Program-made: the position numbers and the translations under genes
The notes under the pieces: generated by a model
Database searches by the model: none
What the model was told of the DNA's origin: nothing
The model's input: the letters and a program-made list of their open reading frames with translations, nothing else
NCBI GenBank assembly: GCA_964579005.1
Contig: CAZOFJ010000005.1
Span: forward strand, 2,859 to 66,858
From: an uncultured Nitrospirota bacterium
GTDB lineage: Bacteria > Nitrospirota > Nitrospiria > SBBL01 > Manganitrophaceae
Direction: 5' to 3'
DNA length: 64,000 bases
Part shown: positions 22,451 through 31,830 of the stretch, piece by piece
Position numbering within the stretch: position 1 is the stretch's first letter
How the letters are laid out: every line of letters starts with the position of its first letter

Positions 22451-24298
22451 ATGGCATCGGTGGTGGCGTGCTGGAAGCGGGGTCGATTGGCGATTGCCCT
22501 TATCATCTTGTTGACGGCCGGCCTGGCCGCCTGTAGCAGCGAGGGGGGCGGCGGCGGGAGCCCTGCCGAGATGGGGAAGGTGACCCTCTCCCTTCCCTTG
22601 CCGGGGAGCGCCTCCCGTGAGAAGGCCGGTTTGCCGGCGGGCTTCTTTGCCCCGGCCCCCGACACGGTTCAATCGATCCGGGTGGAGGCGAGCGGGCCAG
22701 GGATTGCCACCCCGGTCAGCCGACTCCTGGTTCGAGGGGTCGATTTCACCGAGAGTACCGACCCGGTCACCGTCACCCTGGAAGTCCCGGCCGGGTTGGA
22801 CCGGGCTTTTGTCGCCCGTGCTTTCGCCTCCTCCGACGGGAGCGGGGAGCCGATTTATCAAGGCTCCACCGTGGGGGTGACAATCGTCGCCGGGCCAAAC
22901 CGGGTCGACATTCTTCTCTTCACCCCGCCGTTTGCCTCGCCGACCCTCGCCGACTTCACCCCGACTTCCGGTTGCAACGGAACGACTGTGACGATCAATG
23001 GAACCAATTTTGATCCGATCGCGGGGAACAACACCGTTCTCTTTCTGGGAGAGATAAACGACCCGGCCGATGACCGGATGGCGACGGTTGTGCGGACGCC
23101 CACCCCGACCCGGTTGACGGTGATCGTCCCGCCTGGCGCCCTCTCCGGGCCGATTCAGGTCGGCAACCTGCGTGGGAACGTGGTCAGCGCCGGTTCCTTT
23201 ACGGTATCGACCTGCGCCCAGGGGTCGCTCCTCTTCGGAAACCAGATCAACCTCTCGCACAACGCCGGGAACTCTGGCGGTTCCTCGGTGGCGGCCTCGG
23301 GGAACAGCGTCTTCGTCGCCTGGGCGGATGAGACGCCGGGGAATGATGAGATCTTTCTGGCCCGCTCCGCCGACGGGGGAAAGACCTTCGGCTCCCCGGT
23401 CAACCTTTCCAACAATGCCGGGATCTCTGCCGCTCCCTCGGTGGCGGTCTCGGGGAATACCGTCGTGGTCGCCTGGTATGATGAGACGCCGGAGAATAGG
23501 GAGATTTTTCTGGCCCGTTCTACCGACGGGGGAAAGACGTTTGCCTCCCCGGTCAATCTCTCCAACAACGCCGGGTTCTCTATCTCTCCCTCGGTGGCGG
23601 CATCGGGGAACAGCGTCGTCGTCGCCTGGCATGATGAGACGCCGGGGAATTCCGAGATCTTTCTGTCCCGTTCCACCGATGCAGGCAAGACCTTCACCCC
23701 TCCGGTCAACCTCTCCAACAACGCTGGGTTCTCTTTCTCTGCCTTTCCCTCTGTGGCGGTTTTGGGGGACAGCGTCTTCGTCGCCTGGCATGATCAGACC
23801 CCGGGGAATTTCGAGATCTTTTTGGCCCGTTCCACCGACGGGGGAAAGACCTTCACCCCCCCGGTTAACCTCTCCAACAATGCCGGTTTCTCTCTCGATC
23901 CCTCTGTGGCGGTTTTGGGGGACAGCGTCTTCGTCGCCTGGATGGATGAGACACCAGGGAACTCTGAGATCTTTCTGGCCCGTTCCACCGATGGGGGGGC
24001 GACCTTCAGTCCCCCGGTCAACTTTTCCAACAATGCCGGCCTCTCTGGTGGTGTCTCTGTGGCGGTTTTGGGGGACAGCGTCGTCGTCGCGTGGATGGAT
24101 ACCACGCAGGGGAATTGGGAGATTTTCCTGGTCCGCTCTACTGACGGGGGAGCCACCTTCACCCCCCCGGTTAACCTCTCCAGCAACGCCGGGTTCTCTG
24201 CCAATCCCTCTGTGGCGGTTTCGGGGGACAGCGTCGTCGTTGCCTGGACGGATGACACACCGGGGAATCAGGAGATTTTTCTGGCCCGCGCCGAATAG
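22451..24298 (+). CDS. Lipoprotein with Ig-like + IPT/TIG domains and a seven-bladed Asp-box (BNR) propeller, paralog 1
   Basis: GGAGGG lies 5 nt before the ATG at 22451. Lipobox LTAGLAAC. IPT/TIG-like segment FTPTSGCNGTTVTINGTNF...PIQVGN. Seven 51-aa (153-bp) repeats from 23246, each with an S.D.G.TF Asp-box. Confidence 0.8.
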   Translation: MASVVACWKRGRLAIALIILLTAGLAACSSEGGGGGSPAEMGKVTLSLPLPGSASREKAGLPAGFFAPAPDTVQSIRVEASGPGIATPVSRLLVRGVDFTESTDPVTVTLEVPAGLDRAFVARAFASSDGSGEPIYQGSTVGVTIVAGPNRVDILLFTPPFASPTLADFTPTSGCNGTTVTINGTNFDPIAGNNTVLFLGEINDPADDRMATVVRTPTPTRLTVIVPPGALSGPIQVGNLRGNVVSAGSFTVSTCAQGSLLFGNQINLSHNAGNSGGSSVAASGNSVFVAWADETPGNDEIFLARSADGGKTFGSPVNLSNNAGISAAPSVAVSGNTVVVAWYDETPENREIFLARSTDGGKTFASPVNLSNNAGFSISPSVAASGNSVVVAWHDETPGNSEIFLSRSTDAGKTFTPPVNLSNNAGFSFSAFPSVAVLGDSVFVAWHDQTPGNFEIFLARSTDGGKTFTPPVNLSNNAGFSLDPSVAVLGDSVFVAWMDETPGNSEIFLARSTDGGATFSPPVNFSNNAGLSGGVSVAVLGDSVVVAWMDTTQGNWEIFLVRSTDGGATFTPPVNLSSNAGFSANPSVAVSGDSVVVAWTDDTPGNQEIFLARAE

Positions 24299-24432
24299 CC
24301 GCGGTTGCGGGGGGGCGATTTCAAGTTGTGTGGTAGATCGAGCGCCCAGAGACTGGGTGTTGCGCTGGAAGACCCGGCATCCCCTGTTTGGACCGTGCGT
24401 GAGCCTAGAAAAAGCAATTGGCGATTTTGTAG

Positions 24433-24450
24433 GTGCGAATTTATTCGCAC
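24433..24450. promoter_or_regulatory. 18-bp palindrome GTGCGAATTTATTCGCAC, copy 2
   Basis: Identical sequence starting 37 nt upstream of the ATG at 24470. The preceding ~95 nt (24336-24432) are nearly identical to 22318-22414. Confidence 0.55.
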
Positions 24451-24469
24451 CTAACTCAGGGAGGGTCGA

Positions 24470-26317
24470 ATGGTGTCGATGTCGGCGTGTTGGAATCGGA
24501 ATCGATTGGCGATTGTCCTTATCCTCTTGTTGACGGCCGGCCTGGCGGCCTGTAGCAGCGAGGGGGGCGGAGGCGGGAGCCCCGCCGAGATGGGGAAGGT
24601 GACCCTCTCCCTTCCATTGCCGGGGAGCGCCTCCCGTGAGAAGGCCGGTTTGCCGGGAGACCGCTTCGCCCCGGCCCCCGCCGCCGTTCAGTCGATCCGG
24701 GTGGAGGCGAGCGGGCCGGGGATTCCCACGCCGGTCAGCCAACTGTTGGTTCGGGGGGTTGATTTCACCGAGAGCACCGACCCGGTCACCGTCACCCTGG
24801 AGGTCCCGGCCGGGTTGGACCGTGTCTTCGTCGCCCGTGCCTTCGCCTCTTCCGATGGGAGCGGGGAGCCGCTCTATCAGGGCTCCACCGTGGGGGTGAC
24901 GATCGTCGCCGGGGTGAACCGGGTCGACATCTTTCTCTTCACCCCGCCGTTTGCCGCGCCGGCCCTCACCGATTTCACCCCCTCCTCCGGTTGCAACGGA
25001 GCGACTGTGACGATCAATGGAACGAACTTTGATCCGATCGCGGGGAATAACACCATTCTCTTTCTGGGAGAGATAGGCAACCCGGATGACGACCGGATGG
25101 CGACGATGGTGGGGACGCCGACCCCGACCCGGTTGATGGTGACCGTCCCGGCCGGCACCCTCTCTGGGCCGATTCAGGTCGGCAATCTGCGTGGGAACGT
25201 GGCCAGCGCCACCGACTTTACGGTATCGGCCTGCGCGCAGGGGTCGCTCCTCTTCGGAACCCAGGTCAACCTCTCACACAACGCCGGCTTCTCTGGCAGT
25301 CCCTCGGTGGCGGTTTCTGGGAACAGCGTCTTTGTTGCCTGGCATGATGGCACGTCGGGGAATTTTGAGATCTTTCTGGCTCGTTCCACCGACGGGGGGA
25401 AGACGTTCGGCTCTCCGGTCAACCTCTCCAACAACGCCGGGGAGTCTTTCGATCCCTCGGTGGCGATCTCTGGGGACAGCATCGTCGTCGCCTGGGATGA
25501 TGCGACGCCGGGGAATTTTGAGATCTTTCTGGCCCATTCCGCTGACGGGGGGGCCACCTTCGGCTCGCCAGTCAACCTCTCCAACAACGCCAGGAATTCT
25601 TTTGCCCCTTCTGTGGCGGTCTCTGAAAACAGCGTCGTCGTTGCCTGGAATGATGAGACGCCGGGGAACCAGGAGATCTTTCTGGCCCGTTCTACCAACG
25701 GGGGAAAGACCTTCAATTTCCCGGTTAATCTCTCCAACAACGCCGGGACCTCTTTTGACCCTTCTGTGGCGGTTTCTGGGAACAGCGTCGTCGTTGCCTG
25801 GAATGATGAGACGCCGGGGAACCAGGAGATCTTTCTGGCCCGTTCTACCAACGGGGGAAAGACCTTCAATTTCCCGATTAATCTCTCCAACAACGCCGGG
25901 AGATCTTTCACTCCCTCCGTGGTGGTCTCGGGGGACAGCGTCATCGTCGCCTGGAATGATGAGACGCCGGGGAATTTTGAGATCTTTCTAGTCCGCTCTG
26001 CCGATGGGGCGGGCACCTTCACCCACCCAGTCAATTTCTCCAACAACGCTGGGACCTCTTTAAACCCCTTGCTGGCGATCTCTGAGGACGGCGTTGTCGT
26101 CGCCTGGGATAATGAGAGGCCGGGGAATCATCGGGAGATCTTTCTGGCCCGCTCTGCCGACGGGGGGGCCACCTTCGGCCCTCCGGTCAATCTCTCGCAG
26201 AACAACGCCGGGGCCTCTTTTGGCCCCTCGGTGGCAGTATCGGGGAACAGTGTCGTCGTTGCCTGGAATGATGAGACGTCGGGGAATTTTGAGATCTTTC
26301 TTGCCCGCATCGAATAG
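24470..26317 (+). CDS. Lipoprotein with IPT/TIG domain and seven Asp-box (BNR) repeats, paralog 2
   Basis: Same architecture as paralog 1, with repeats from 25265. The 5' ~0.8 kb is nearly identical at DNA level to paralog 3. Confidence 0.8.
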   Translation: MVSMSACWNRNRLAIVLILLLTAGLAACSSEGGGGGSPAEMGKVTLSLPLPGSASREKAGLPGDRFAPAPAAVQSIRVEASGPGIPTPVSQLLVRGVDFTESTDPVTVTLEVPAGLDRVFVARAFASSDGSGEPLYQGSTVGVTIVAGVNRVDIFLFTPPFAAPALTDFTPSSGCNGATVTINGTNFDPIAGNNTILFLGEIGNPDDDRMATMVGTPTPTRLMVTVPAGTLSGPIQVGNLRGNVASATDFTVSACAQGSLLFGTQVNLSHNAGFSGSPSVAVSGNSVFVAWHDGTSGNFEIFLARSTDGGKTFGSPVNLSNNAGESFDPSVAISGDSIVVAWDDATPGNFEIFLAHSADGGATFGSPVNLSNNARNSFAPSVAVSENSVVVAWNDETPGNQEIFLARSTNGGKTFNFPVNLSNNAGTSFDPSVAVSGNSVVVAWNDETPGNQEIFLARSTNGGKTFNFPINLSNNAGRSFTPSVVVSGDSVIVAWNDETPGNFEIFLVRSADGAGTFTHPVNFSNNAGTSLNPLLAISEDGVVVAWDNERPGNHREIFLARSADGGATFGPPVNLSQNNAGASFGPSVAVSGNSVVVAWNDETSGNFEIFLARIE

Positions 26318-26346
26318 CCGTAGTTGCGGGGGCGGCGATTTTGTAG

Positions 26347-26364
26347 GTGCGAATTTATTCGCAC
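26347..26364. promoter_or_regulatory. 18-bp palindrome GTGCGAATTTATTCGCAC, copy 3
   Basis: Identical sequence starting 36 nt upstream of the ATG at 26383, within a 65-nt intergenic gap. Confidence 0.55.
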
Positions 26365-26382
26365 ATCACTCAGGAGGGTCGA

Positions 26383-28224
26383 ATGGCATCGGTGGTGGCG
26401 TGCTGGAATCGGGGTCGATTGGCGATTGTCCTTGTCCTCTTGTTGACGGCCGGCCTGGCCGCCTGTAGCAGCGAGGGGGGCGGAGGCGGGAGCCCCGCCG
26501 AGATGGGGAAGGTGACCCTCTCCCTTCCATTGCCGGGGAGCGCCTCCCGTGAGAAGGCCGGTTTGCCGGGAGACCGCTTCGCCCCGGCCCCCGCCGCCGT
26601 TCAGTCGATCCGGGTGGAGGCGAGCGGGCCGGGGATTCCCACGCCGGTCAGCCAACTGTTGGTTCGGGGGGTTGATTTCACCGAGAGCACCGACCCGGTC
26701 ACCGTCACCCTGGAGGTCCCGGCCGGGTTGGACCGTGTCTTCGTCGCCCGTGCCTTCGCCTCTTCCGATGGGAGCGGGGAGCCGCTCTATCAGGGCTCCA
26801 CCGTGGGGGTGACGATCGTCGCCGGGGTGAACCGGGTCGACATCTTTCTCTTCACCCCGCCGTTTGCCGCGCCGACCCTCACCGATTTCACCCCCTCCTC
26901 CGCTTGCAACGGAGCGACTGTGACGATCAATGGAACGAACTTTGATCCGATTGCGGGGAATAACACCATTTTCTTTCTGGGGGAAATGAACGACCCGTCC
27001 GACGACCGGATGGCGACGATGGTGGGGACGCCGACCCCGACCCGGTTGATGGTGACCGTCCCGGCCGGCACCCTCTCTGGGCCGATTCAGGTCGGCAATC
27101 TGCGTGGGAACGTGGCCAGCGCCACCGACTTTACGGTATCGGCCTGCGCGCAGGGGTCGCTCCTCTTCGGAACCCAGGTCAACCTCTCACACAACGCCGG
27201 CTTCTCTGGCAGTCCCTCGGTGGCGGTTTCTGGGAACAGCGTCTTCGTCGCCTGGCATGATAACACGCCGGGGAATTGGGAGATCTTTCTGGCCCGTTCC
27301 ACTGATGGTGGGGCCACCTTCAGTCCGCCGGTCAACCTCTCCAACAACGCCGGGAGCTCTTTCAATCCCTCGGTGGCGGCCTCGGGGAATACCGTTGCCG
27401 TCGCCTGGACGGATGATACACCGGGGAATCGGGAGATCTTTTTGGCTCGTTCTGTAGATGGAGGGGCCACTTTCGGCTCGCCGGTGAATCTCTCGAACAA
27501 CGCCGGAGACTCTCTCACTCCCTCGGTGGCGGCCTCGGGGGACAACGTCTTCGTCGCCTGGACGGATGGAATGTCGTGGAGCGGAGCGCTCCTTCTGGCC
27601 CGTTCTGTCGACGGAGGGGCCACCTTCGGCCCCCCGGTTAACCTCCGGTCCGGCTTGATCGAGAACGATCTCCGTCCCGAAGTCGCGATTTCGGGGAACA
27701 CCGTCGTCGTCGCCTGGTTTGATGTCTCAGTGGGGTGGGATATCTTTCTGGCCCGTTCTACTGATAGGGGGGAGACCTTCGGCCCCTCGGTTCACCTCTC
27801 CAGGAGTGCCGGCTTCTCTTCCACTCCCTCGGTGGCGGTTTCGAGGGGCAGCGTCGTCGTCGCTTGGGGGATTTTCACATTGGGGGATCGGGAGATCTTT
27901 CTGGCCCGTTCTGCAGATGGGGGAAGGACCTTCAATTCCCCGATCAACTTCTCGCACAACGCCGGGAACTCTTCCAGTCCCTCGGTGGCGGCCTCGGGGA
28001 ATAGCGTTGCCGTCGCCTGGACGGATGATACGCCGGGGAATAACGAGATCTTTCTGTCCCGTTCCGCCGACGGGGGGACCACTTTCAGTCCCCCGGTCAA
28101 CCCTTCCAACAATGCCGGGAACTCTTCCAATCCTTCTGTGGCGGTTTCGGGGAATAGCGTTGTCATCGCCTGGGCGGATGACACGTCGAGGAATAACGAG
28201 ATCTTTCTGTCCCGTATCGAATAG
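26383..28224 (+). CDS. Lipoprotein with IPT/TIG domain and seven Asp-box (BNR) repeats, paralog 3 (most diverged blades)
   Basis: Same architecture, with repeats from 27178. Blades 3-5 have lost the NNAG / DETPGN consensus. Confidence 0.8.
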   Translation: MASVVACWNRGRLAIVLVLLLTAGLAACSSEGGGGGSPAEMGKVTLSLPLPGSASREKAGLPGDRFAPAPAAVQSIRVEASGPGIPTPVSQLLVRGVDFTESTDPVTVTLEVPAGLDRVFVARAFASSDGSGEPLYQGSTVGVTIVAGVNRVDIFLFTPPFAAPTLTDFTPSSACNGATVTINGTNFDPIAGNNTIFFLGEMNDPSDDRMATMVGTPTPTRLMVTVPAGTLSGPIQVGNLRGNVASATDFTVSACAQGSLLFGTQVNLSHNAGFSGSPSVAVSGNSVFVAWHDNTPGNWEIFLARSTDGGATFSPPVNLSNNAGSSFNPSVAASGNTVAVAWTDDTPGNREIFLARSVDGGATFGSPVNLSNNAGDSLTPSVAASGDNVFVAWTDGMSWSGALLLARSVDGGATFGPPVNLRSGLIENDLRPEVAISGNTVVVAWFDVSVGWDIFLARSTDRGETFGPSVHLSRSAGFSSTPSVAVSRGSVVVAWGIFTLGDREIFLARSADGGRTFNSPINFSHNAGNSSSPSVAASGNSVAVAWTDDTPGNNEIFLSRSADGGTTFSPPVNPSNNAGNSSNPSVAVSGNSVVIAWADDTSRNNEIFLSRIE

Positions 28225-28276
28225 GGCGGTTGTGGGGGGGGGGTATTGAGTGGCCTTGGGAAAAAAGGCCGTTTTG

Positions 28277-28305
28277 TTGCACTGACCGCAGGTTTCCAAT
28301 ATAAT
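28277..28305 (+). promoter_or_regulatory. Sigma-70 promoter placing the TSS at or next to the hutH start codon (leaderless candidate)
   Basis: TTGCAC (28277-28282), 17-nt spacer, TATAAT (28300-28305). The ATG is at 28313, only 7 nt after the -10 box, and there is no SD. Confidence 0.5.
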
Positions 28306-28312
28306 CCCGAAA

Positions 28313-29818
28313 ATGCGCCCCCTGGTTTTAAACGGCCACGACTTAACCCGGTCTGATTTTTATGATGTCGTCTTTGACGGCCGGCCGGTTCGCCTCGGCT
28401 CCCCCGCCAAGAACAAGCTGATCCGTTCCCGTCGTCTGATTGAGAAGATGCTCGCGGAACATCGCGTCGTCTACGGGGTGACGACCGGGTTTGGCAAACT
28501 CGCCGATCAGAAGATTCCGGACGATGATCTCCGCCAACTTCAAGTGAATCTGGTCCGAAGCCATGCCTGCGGCATCGGCCCCCCCCTCTCCGAAACGCAG
28601 GCGCGAGGCATCGTCCTTCTTCGCGCGAATGTCCTTGCCTCCGGTTACTCCGGTGTCCGTCCCGTTGTGGTCGAACGTCTGATTGAAATCCTCAACCGTT
28701 CGGTTTGCCCCTTGATTCCCAGCCGTGGGTCGGTTGGAGCAAGCGGCGATCTCATCCCGTTGGCCCATCTGGCGCAGCTTTTGATCGGAGAAGGGAGCGC
28801 CTTGGTAAAAGGGAAGATCGTTCCAGGGGGACGGGTTCTTCGTTCAAACCGGATCGCGCCGATCGTTTTGGAGGCGAAGGAGGGACTGGCGCTGGTCAAC
28901 GGAACGCAGGCGGCGCTGTCGTTGGGGCTTCTGTCGCTGCGGGCGGCGGAACGGCTGGCGGAGAGCGCCGATGTGGCGGGCGCCATGTCGATCGAGGCGT
29001 TGATGGGAACGCCGGCCGCATTCGACCCACGCATCCAGCGGCTTCGTCCCTACCCCGGACAACAGGAAGTCGCCCGGAGAATCCGGGCACTGCTTGCGAA
29101 AAGCGAGATCCGGGCCTCGCATATCTCCTGCAATCGGGTGCAAGACCCCTATTCTCTCCGCTGTATGCCGCAAGTTCACGGCGCCGTCCGGGATGCGATC
29201 GACCATGTTCGGACGGTTTTAACAACCGAGATGAACAGTGTTACCGACAACCCGCTGGTCTTCGCGGAAGAAGGAGAAGTGATCGCGGGGGGAAACTTTC
29301 ACGGCCACCCGATTGCATTGGTACTCGACTTTCTGGCGATTGCGTTGACGCAGTTGGGGACGATCTCGGAACGCCGGATCGCGCAACTGGTCGATCCGGC
29401 GTTAATCGACCTTCCCCGGTTTCTCACGCGGCGTCCCGGCCTTCATTCCGGACTGATGATGCCCCAGGTCGCCGCCGCCGCGTTGGTCTCCGAGTGCAAG
29501 GTGCTGGCGCACCCCGCCTCGGTCGATTCCATTCCCACATCGGCAAACCAGGAAGATTATGTCAGCATGGCGATGGGGGCGGCCCTCAAACTCGACCAGA
29601 TTGTTTCGAATGTCACCGCCGTTCTCGCGATTGAACTGATTGCGGCGGCGCAAGGGGTCGACTTCCATGCACCGCTTCAGCCTGGGAAGGGGGTGGCCGA
29701 GGCGATCAAACGGCTTCGGTCGAAAATCCCCCCCCTGGAAGAAGATCGCTCTCTCCACGAGGAGATCAAGGAGGTTTGCCAGCTGATCGGCGACGGTTTT
29801 TTTGTCTTTAGGGATTGA
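28313..29818 (+). CDS. hutH: Histidine ammonia-lyase
   Basis: MIO-forming Ala-Ser-Gly triad in GSVGASGDLIPLAHL. Typical 501-aa length and overall HAL/PAL pattern (NGTQA, NFHG, QEDYVSM). Confidence 0.88.
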   Translation: MRPLVLNGHDLTRSDFYDVVFDGRPVRLGSPAKNKLIRSRRLIEKMLAEHRVVYGVTTGFGKLADQKIPDDDLRQLQVNLVRSHACGIGPPLSETQARGIVLLRANVLASGYSGVRPVVVERLIEILNRSVCPLIPSRGSVGASGDLIPLAHLAQLLIGEGSALVKGKIVPGGRVLRSNRIAPIVLEAKEGLALVNGTQAALSLGLLSLRAAERLAESADVAGAMSIEALMGTPAAFDPRIQRLRPYPGQQEVARRIRALLAKSEIRASHISCNRVQDPYSLRCMPQVHGAVRDAIDHVRTVLTTEMNSVTDNPLVFAEEGEVIAGGNFHGHPIALVLDFLAIALTQLGTISERRIAQLVDPALIDLPRFLTRRPGLHSGLMMPQVAAAALVSECKVLAHPASVDSIPTSANQEDYVSMAMGAALKLDQIVSNVTAVLAIELIAAAQGVDFHAPLQPGKGVAEAIKRLRSKIPPLEEDRSLHEEIKEVCQLIGDGFFVFRD

Positions 29819-29974
29819 TTCGAGAAGAAACAGAGGGTTCCGCGCTTCCGAAATAGCGGTGATAAAGAAAAAGGTTGGCCAAGATGAGCGCGACAAAAAG
29901 AACGAGTGAAAAGGCGAAATAATACTTCATCCGGAAGCGGCGCCAGCCTGTGCGTGCTCTCCGCTGCCGTCTCA

Positions 29975-30967
29975 TTACCCTTTTTCCTTCGCGAGATGGG
30001 CCAGCTCCGTATAGAGGCGTCGCTCTTCGGGTGTCAATTGTTGCGGAATATTGATCCTGAGAAGAACATAAAGATCCCCCCTCCCCTCCTTCCGGATCGG
30101 AAGCCCTTTTCCGCGAAGGCGTAACCGCTGCCCACTCCGGCTTCCCGCCGGTACTTTGAGAAGCCCTTCACCGTCCAGGGTTCGGATCGGCACCTCTGCA
30201 CCCAGCGCTGCTTCCCACGGCATGACCTCGACCTCGGTTTGAAGGTGATCGTCCACAATGGTAAAACGGGGATGCGTCCGGAGATGGACCCGGATAAAGA
30301 GATCGCCGGGTGGGCCCCCGGCCTCTCCCGGTTCCCCTTGGCCGGCAAGGCGGATCCGGTCGCCGTCCCGGACCCCTGCCGGGATATGAACCGTCAACTT
30401 TTTTCCCTCGGCGATGCGCCCGGTCCCGCCGCAGCGAGGGCAGATCCGGGACCCGACAATCCCTCGGCCATCGCAGTCGGGACAGGGAGAAGAGGTCGCC
30501 AGCCGGACCTGTCGGGAGGCTCCATGAACCGCCTCCTCCAGGGTTAACTCTATCTCCGATTCGACATCACTGCCGCGGCGCGGGCTGGGCCGTCCGGCAC
30601 CTCTTCGTCCGCGCGGCCGTCTCCCGCCGAAGAGTGTCTCGAAGAAATCGGAAAAATCTCCCATCTCTTCAAAGTGGGCGGTTTCCGCGGTGGGTCCCCC
30701 CGCCCCGGGAGGGGGGGTAAACTCCATCCCCTCCTGCCAATGAGGACCGAGTTGATCATACTTGGCCCGTTTCTTGGGATCGCCCAAGACCTCGTAGGCT
30801 TCATTGATCTCCTTGAACTTTTTCTCGCCCTCTTTTTTCCCGGCGTTGGGGTGGAGGTCGGGATGATACTTCCGCGCCAGTTTCCGGTATGCTTTTTTAA
30901 TCTCTTCGCCGGAAGCGGTGCGGGAAACACCCAACAGATCGTAGTAGTCTCGAAACTTCGTAACCAT
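29975..30967 (-). CDS. DnaJ-family J-domain chaperone with a single zinc centre
   Basis: J domain [32 protein letters not shown]-rich linker. Only two CxxCxGxG motifs ([16 protein letters not shown]). DnaJ C-terminal beta domains. Confidence 0.85.
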   Translation of the reverse strand: MVTKFRDYYDLLGVSRTASGEEIKKAYRKLARKYHPDLHPNAGKKEGEKKFKEINEAYEVLGDPKKRAKYDQLGPHWQEGMEFTPPPGAGGPTAETAHFEEMGDFSDFFETLFGGRRPRGRRGAGRPSPRRGSDVESEIELTLEEAVHGASRQVRLATSSPCPDCDGRGIVGSRICPRCGGTGRIAEGKKLTVHIPAGVRDGDRIRLAGQGEPGEAGGPPGDLFIRVHLRTHPRFTIVDDHLQTEVEVMPWEAALGAEVPIRTLDGEGLLKVPAGSRSGQRLRLRGKGLPIRKEGRGDLYVLLRINIPQQLTPEERRLYTELAHLAKEKG

Positions 30968-30997
30968 CCGGTCTCCAAGGGTAAGGATTTAATACGA

Positions 30998-31177
30998 GAG
31001 TTTGTGATTAAATCCCCTCACGGCTACGGCCGCCTCTGGGCGCGCCTGGCTGCGTTGCGAGGCCCCCAAGATCTGGTCATGTAGCGCTGCTACACTCCCA
31101 GATCTTGTGCACCCCCGCGCCTTGCCAGCCACACCCAGTGACGCCCTCGCTTCGCGTTGGGATTTAATCACAAACTC
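30998..31177 (+). repeat. MITE-like element, copy 1 (180 bp)
   Basis: Perfect 19-bp terminal inverted repeats GAGTTTGTGATTAAATCCC (30998-31016) / GGGATTTAATCACAAACTC (31159-31177). Central 10-bp hairpin CAAGATCTGG/CCAGATCTTG. Flanked by direct CGA on both sides. It is the inverted orientation of the copy at 43725. Confidence 0.8.
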
Positions 31178-31246
31178 CGAGGGGAAAATGCGAACTCCGT
31201 CAGATTCTAACATCATCAAACGACTGAAAAAAAAGGCTGAAAAAAG

Positions 31247-31708
31247 TTATTTTTCTGCGGGATCTTTCGAGAGGAGACCGAGCGGGATCGGTTCGAGGGC
31301 GACCGCTTCCGCCGCTTTCCTTCGGAGGGAGCGGCTGGTCTTTAACCCCAAGAGCATGACGAAGGTTCCCAAAACCATATAAAAGAAAGCCAAATAGAAG
31401 TGTGCCCTCAGATCGATCGGGGTCCGCATCGACTTGGAGACGAGGTAGAGCCGGTAGCTCCAGATCATGAGAAGGATCGACCCGGAACGGATGAGGGAGA
31501 GGGCGGCGCGGGGGGTGATCTCTTTTTTTCCCAGACCGACCCGCAGGATCGAGGTGGCGATCCAGACGGAAAGAAGGGTGACCATCAGATGTGGCGCAAA
31601 AAAAGGATCGTCCGTGCGGGCGCGGAAGAGGGCATAAACCCGCATCAGTCCGACGATGCAGAGAAGAAAACCGGAAGCAGCAAGAAACCGTTGAACCCGT
31701 TTGGACAT
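31247..31708 (-). CDS. Integral membrane protein, unknown function (153 aa)
   Basis: Start moved to ATG 31708 (SD AAGGAG). Four to five hydrophobic helices. Confidence 0.55.
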   Translation of the reverse strand: MSKRVQRFLAASGFLLCIVGLMRVYALFRARTDDPFFAPHLMVTLLSVWIATSILRVGLGKKEITPRAALSLIRSGSILLMIWSYRLYLVSKSMRTPIDLRAHFYLAFFYMVLGTFVMLLGLKTSRSLRRKAAEAVALEPIPLGLLSKDPAEK

Positions 31709-31830
31709 GACGCTCCTTTTTTTTGAGGGGGCATCATAACATGCCCCTTCTTTCGGGTAAAGGGGAAAAAGGCTTGACACTTCCCCCGATGGATCGGTAT
31801 GATCCACCCATCCTAAAACAAGGTCCGGCC

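Noticed and set aside
22388-24742. 784-aa minus-strand ORF, plus several 90-450-aa ORFs in other frames, spanning the Asp-box lipoprotein genes.
   Set aside because: They are antisense or out of frame relative to a gene with clear lipobox, domain and repeat logic. Their products are Arg/Gly/Pro-rich and low in complexity. Long open frames are expected from GC-rich 153-bp periodic DNA.
23246-28221. Regular 153-bp periodicity that could superficially suggest a CRISPR-like or satellite array.
   Set aside because: The period is in frame (51 codons) and encodes propeller blades. There is no repeat/unique-spacer alternation and no cas genes.
29808-29930. Possible 40-aa hydrophobic minus-strand ORF (MKYYFAFSLVLFVALILANLF...) downstream of the DnaJ-like gene.
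   Set aside because: It has no SD, overlaps the hutH stop codon, and cannot be supported without conservation data.
31723-31830. Upstream extension of the bd-like oxidase ORF that overlaps the divergent membrane-protein gene. The extension 31709..31807 of that neighbouring gene is analogous.
   Set aside because: The internal ATGs (31831 and 31708) give sensible signal/TM N-termini, and the 31708 start has an AAGGAG SD. The extensions overlap each other on opposite strands.
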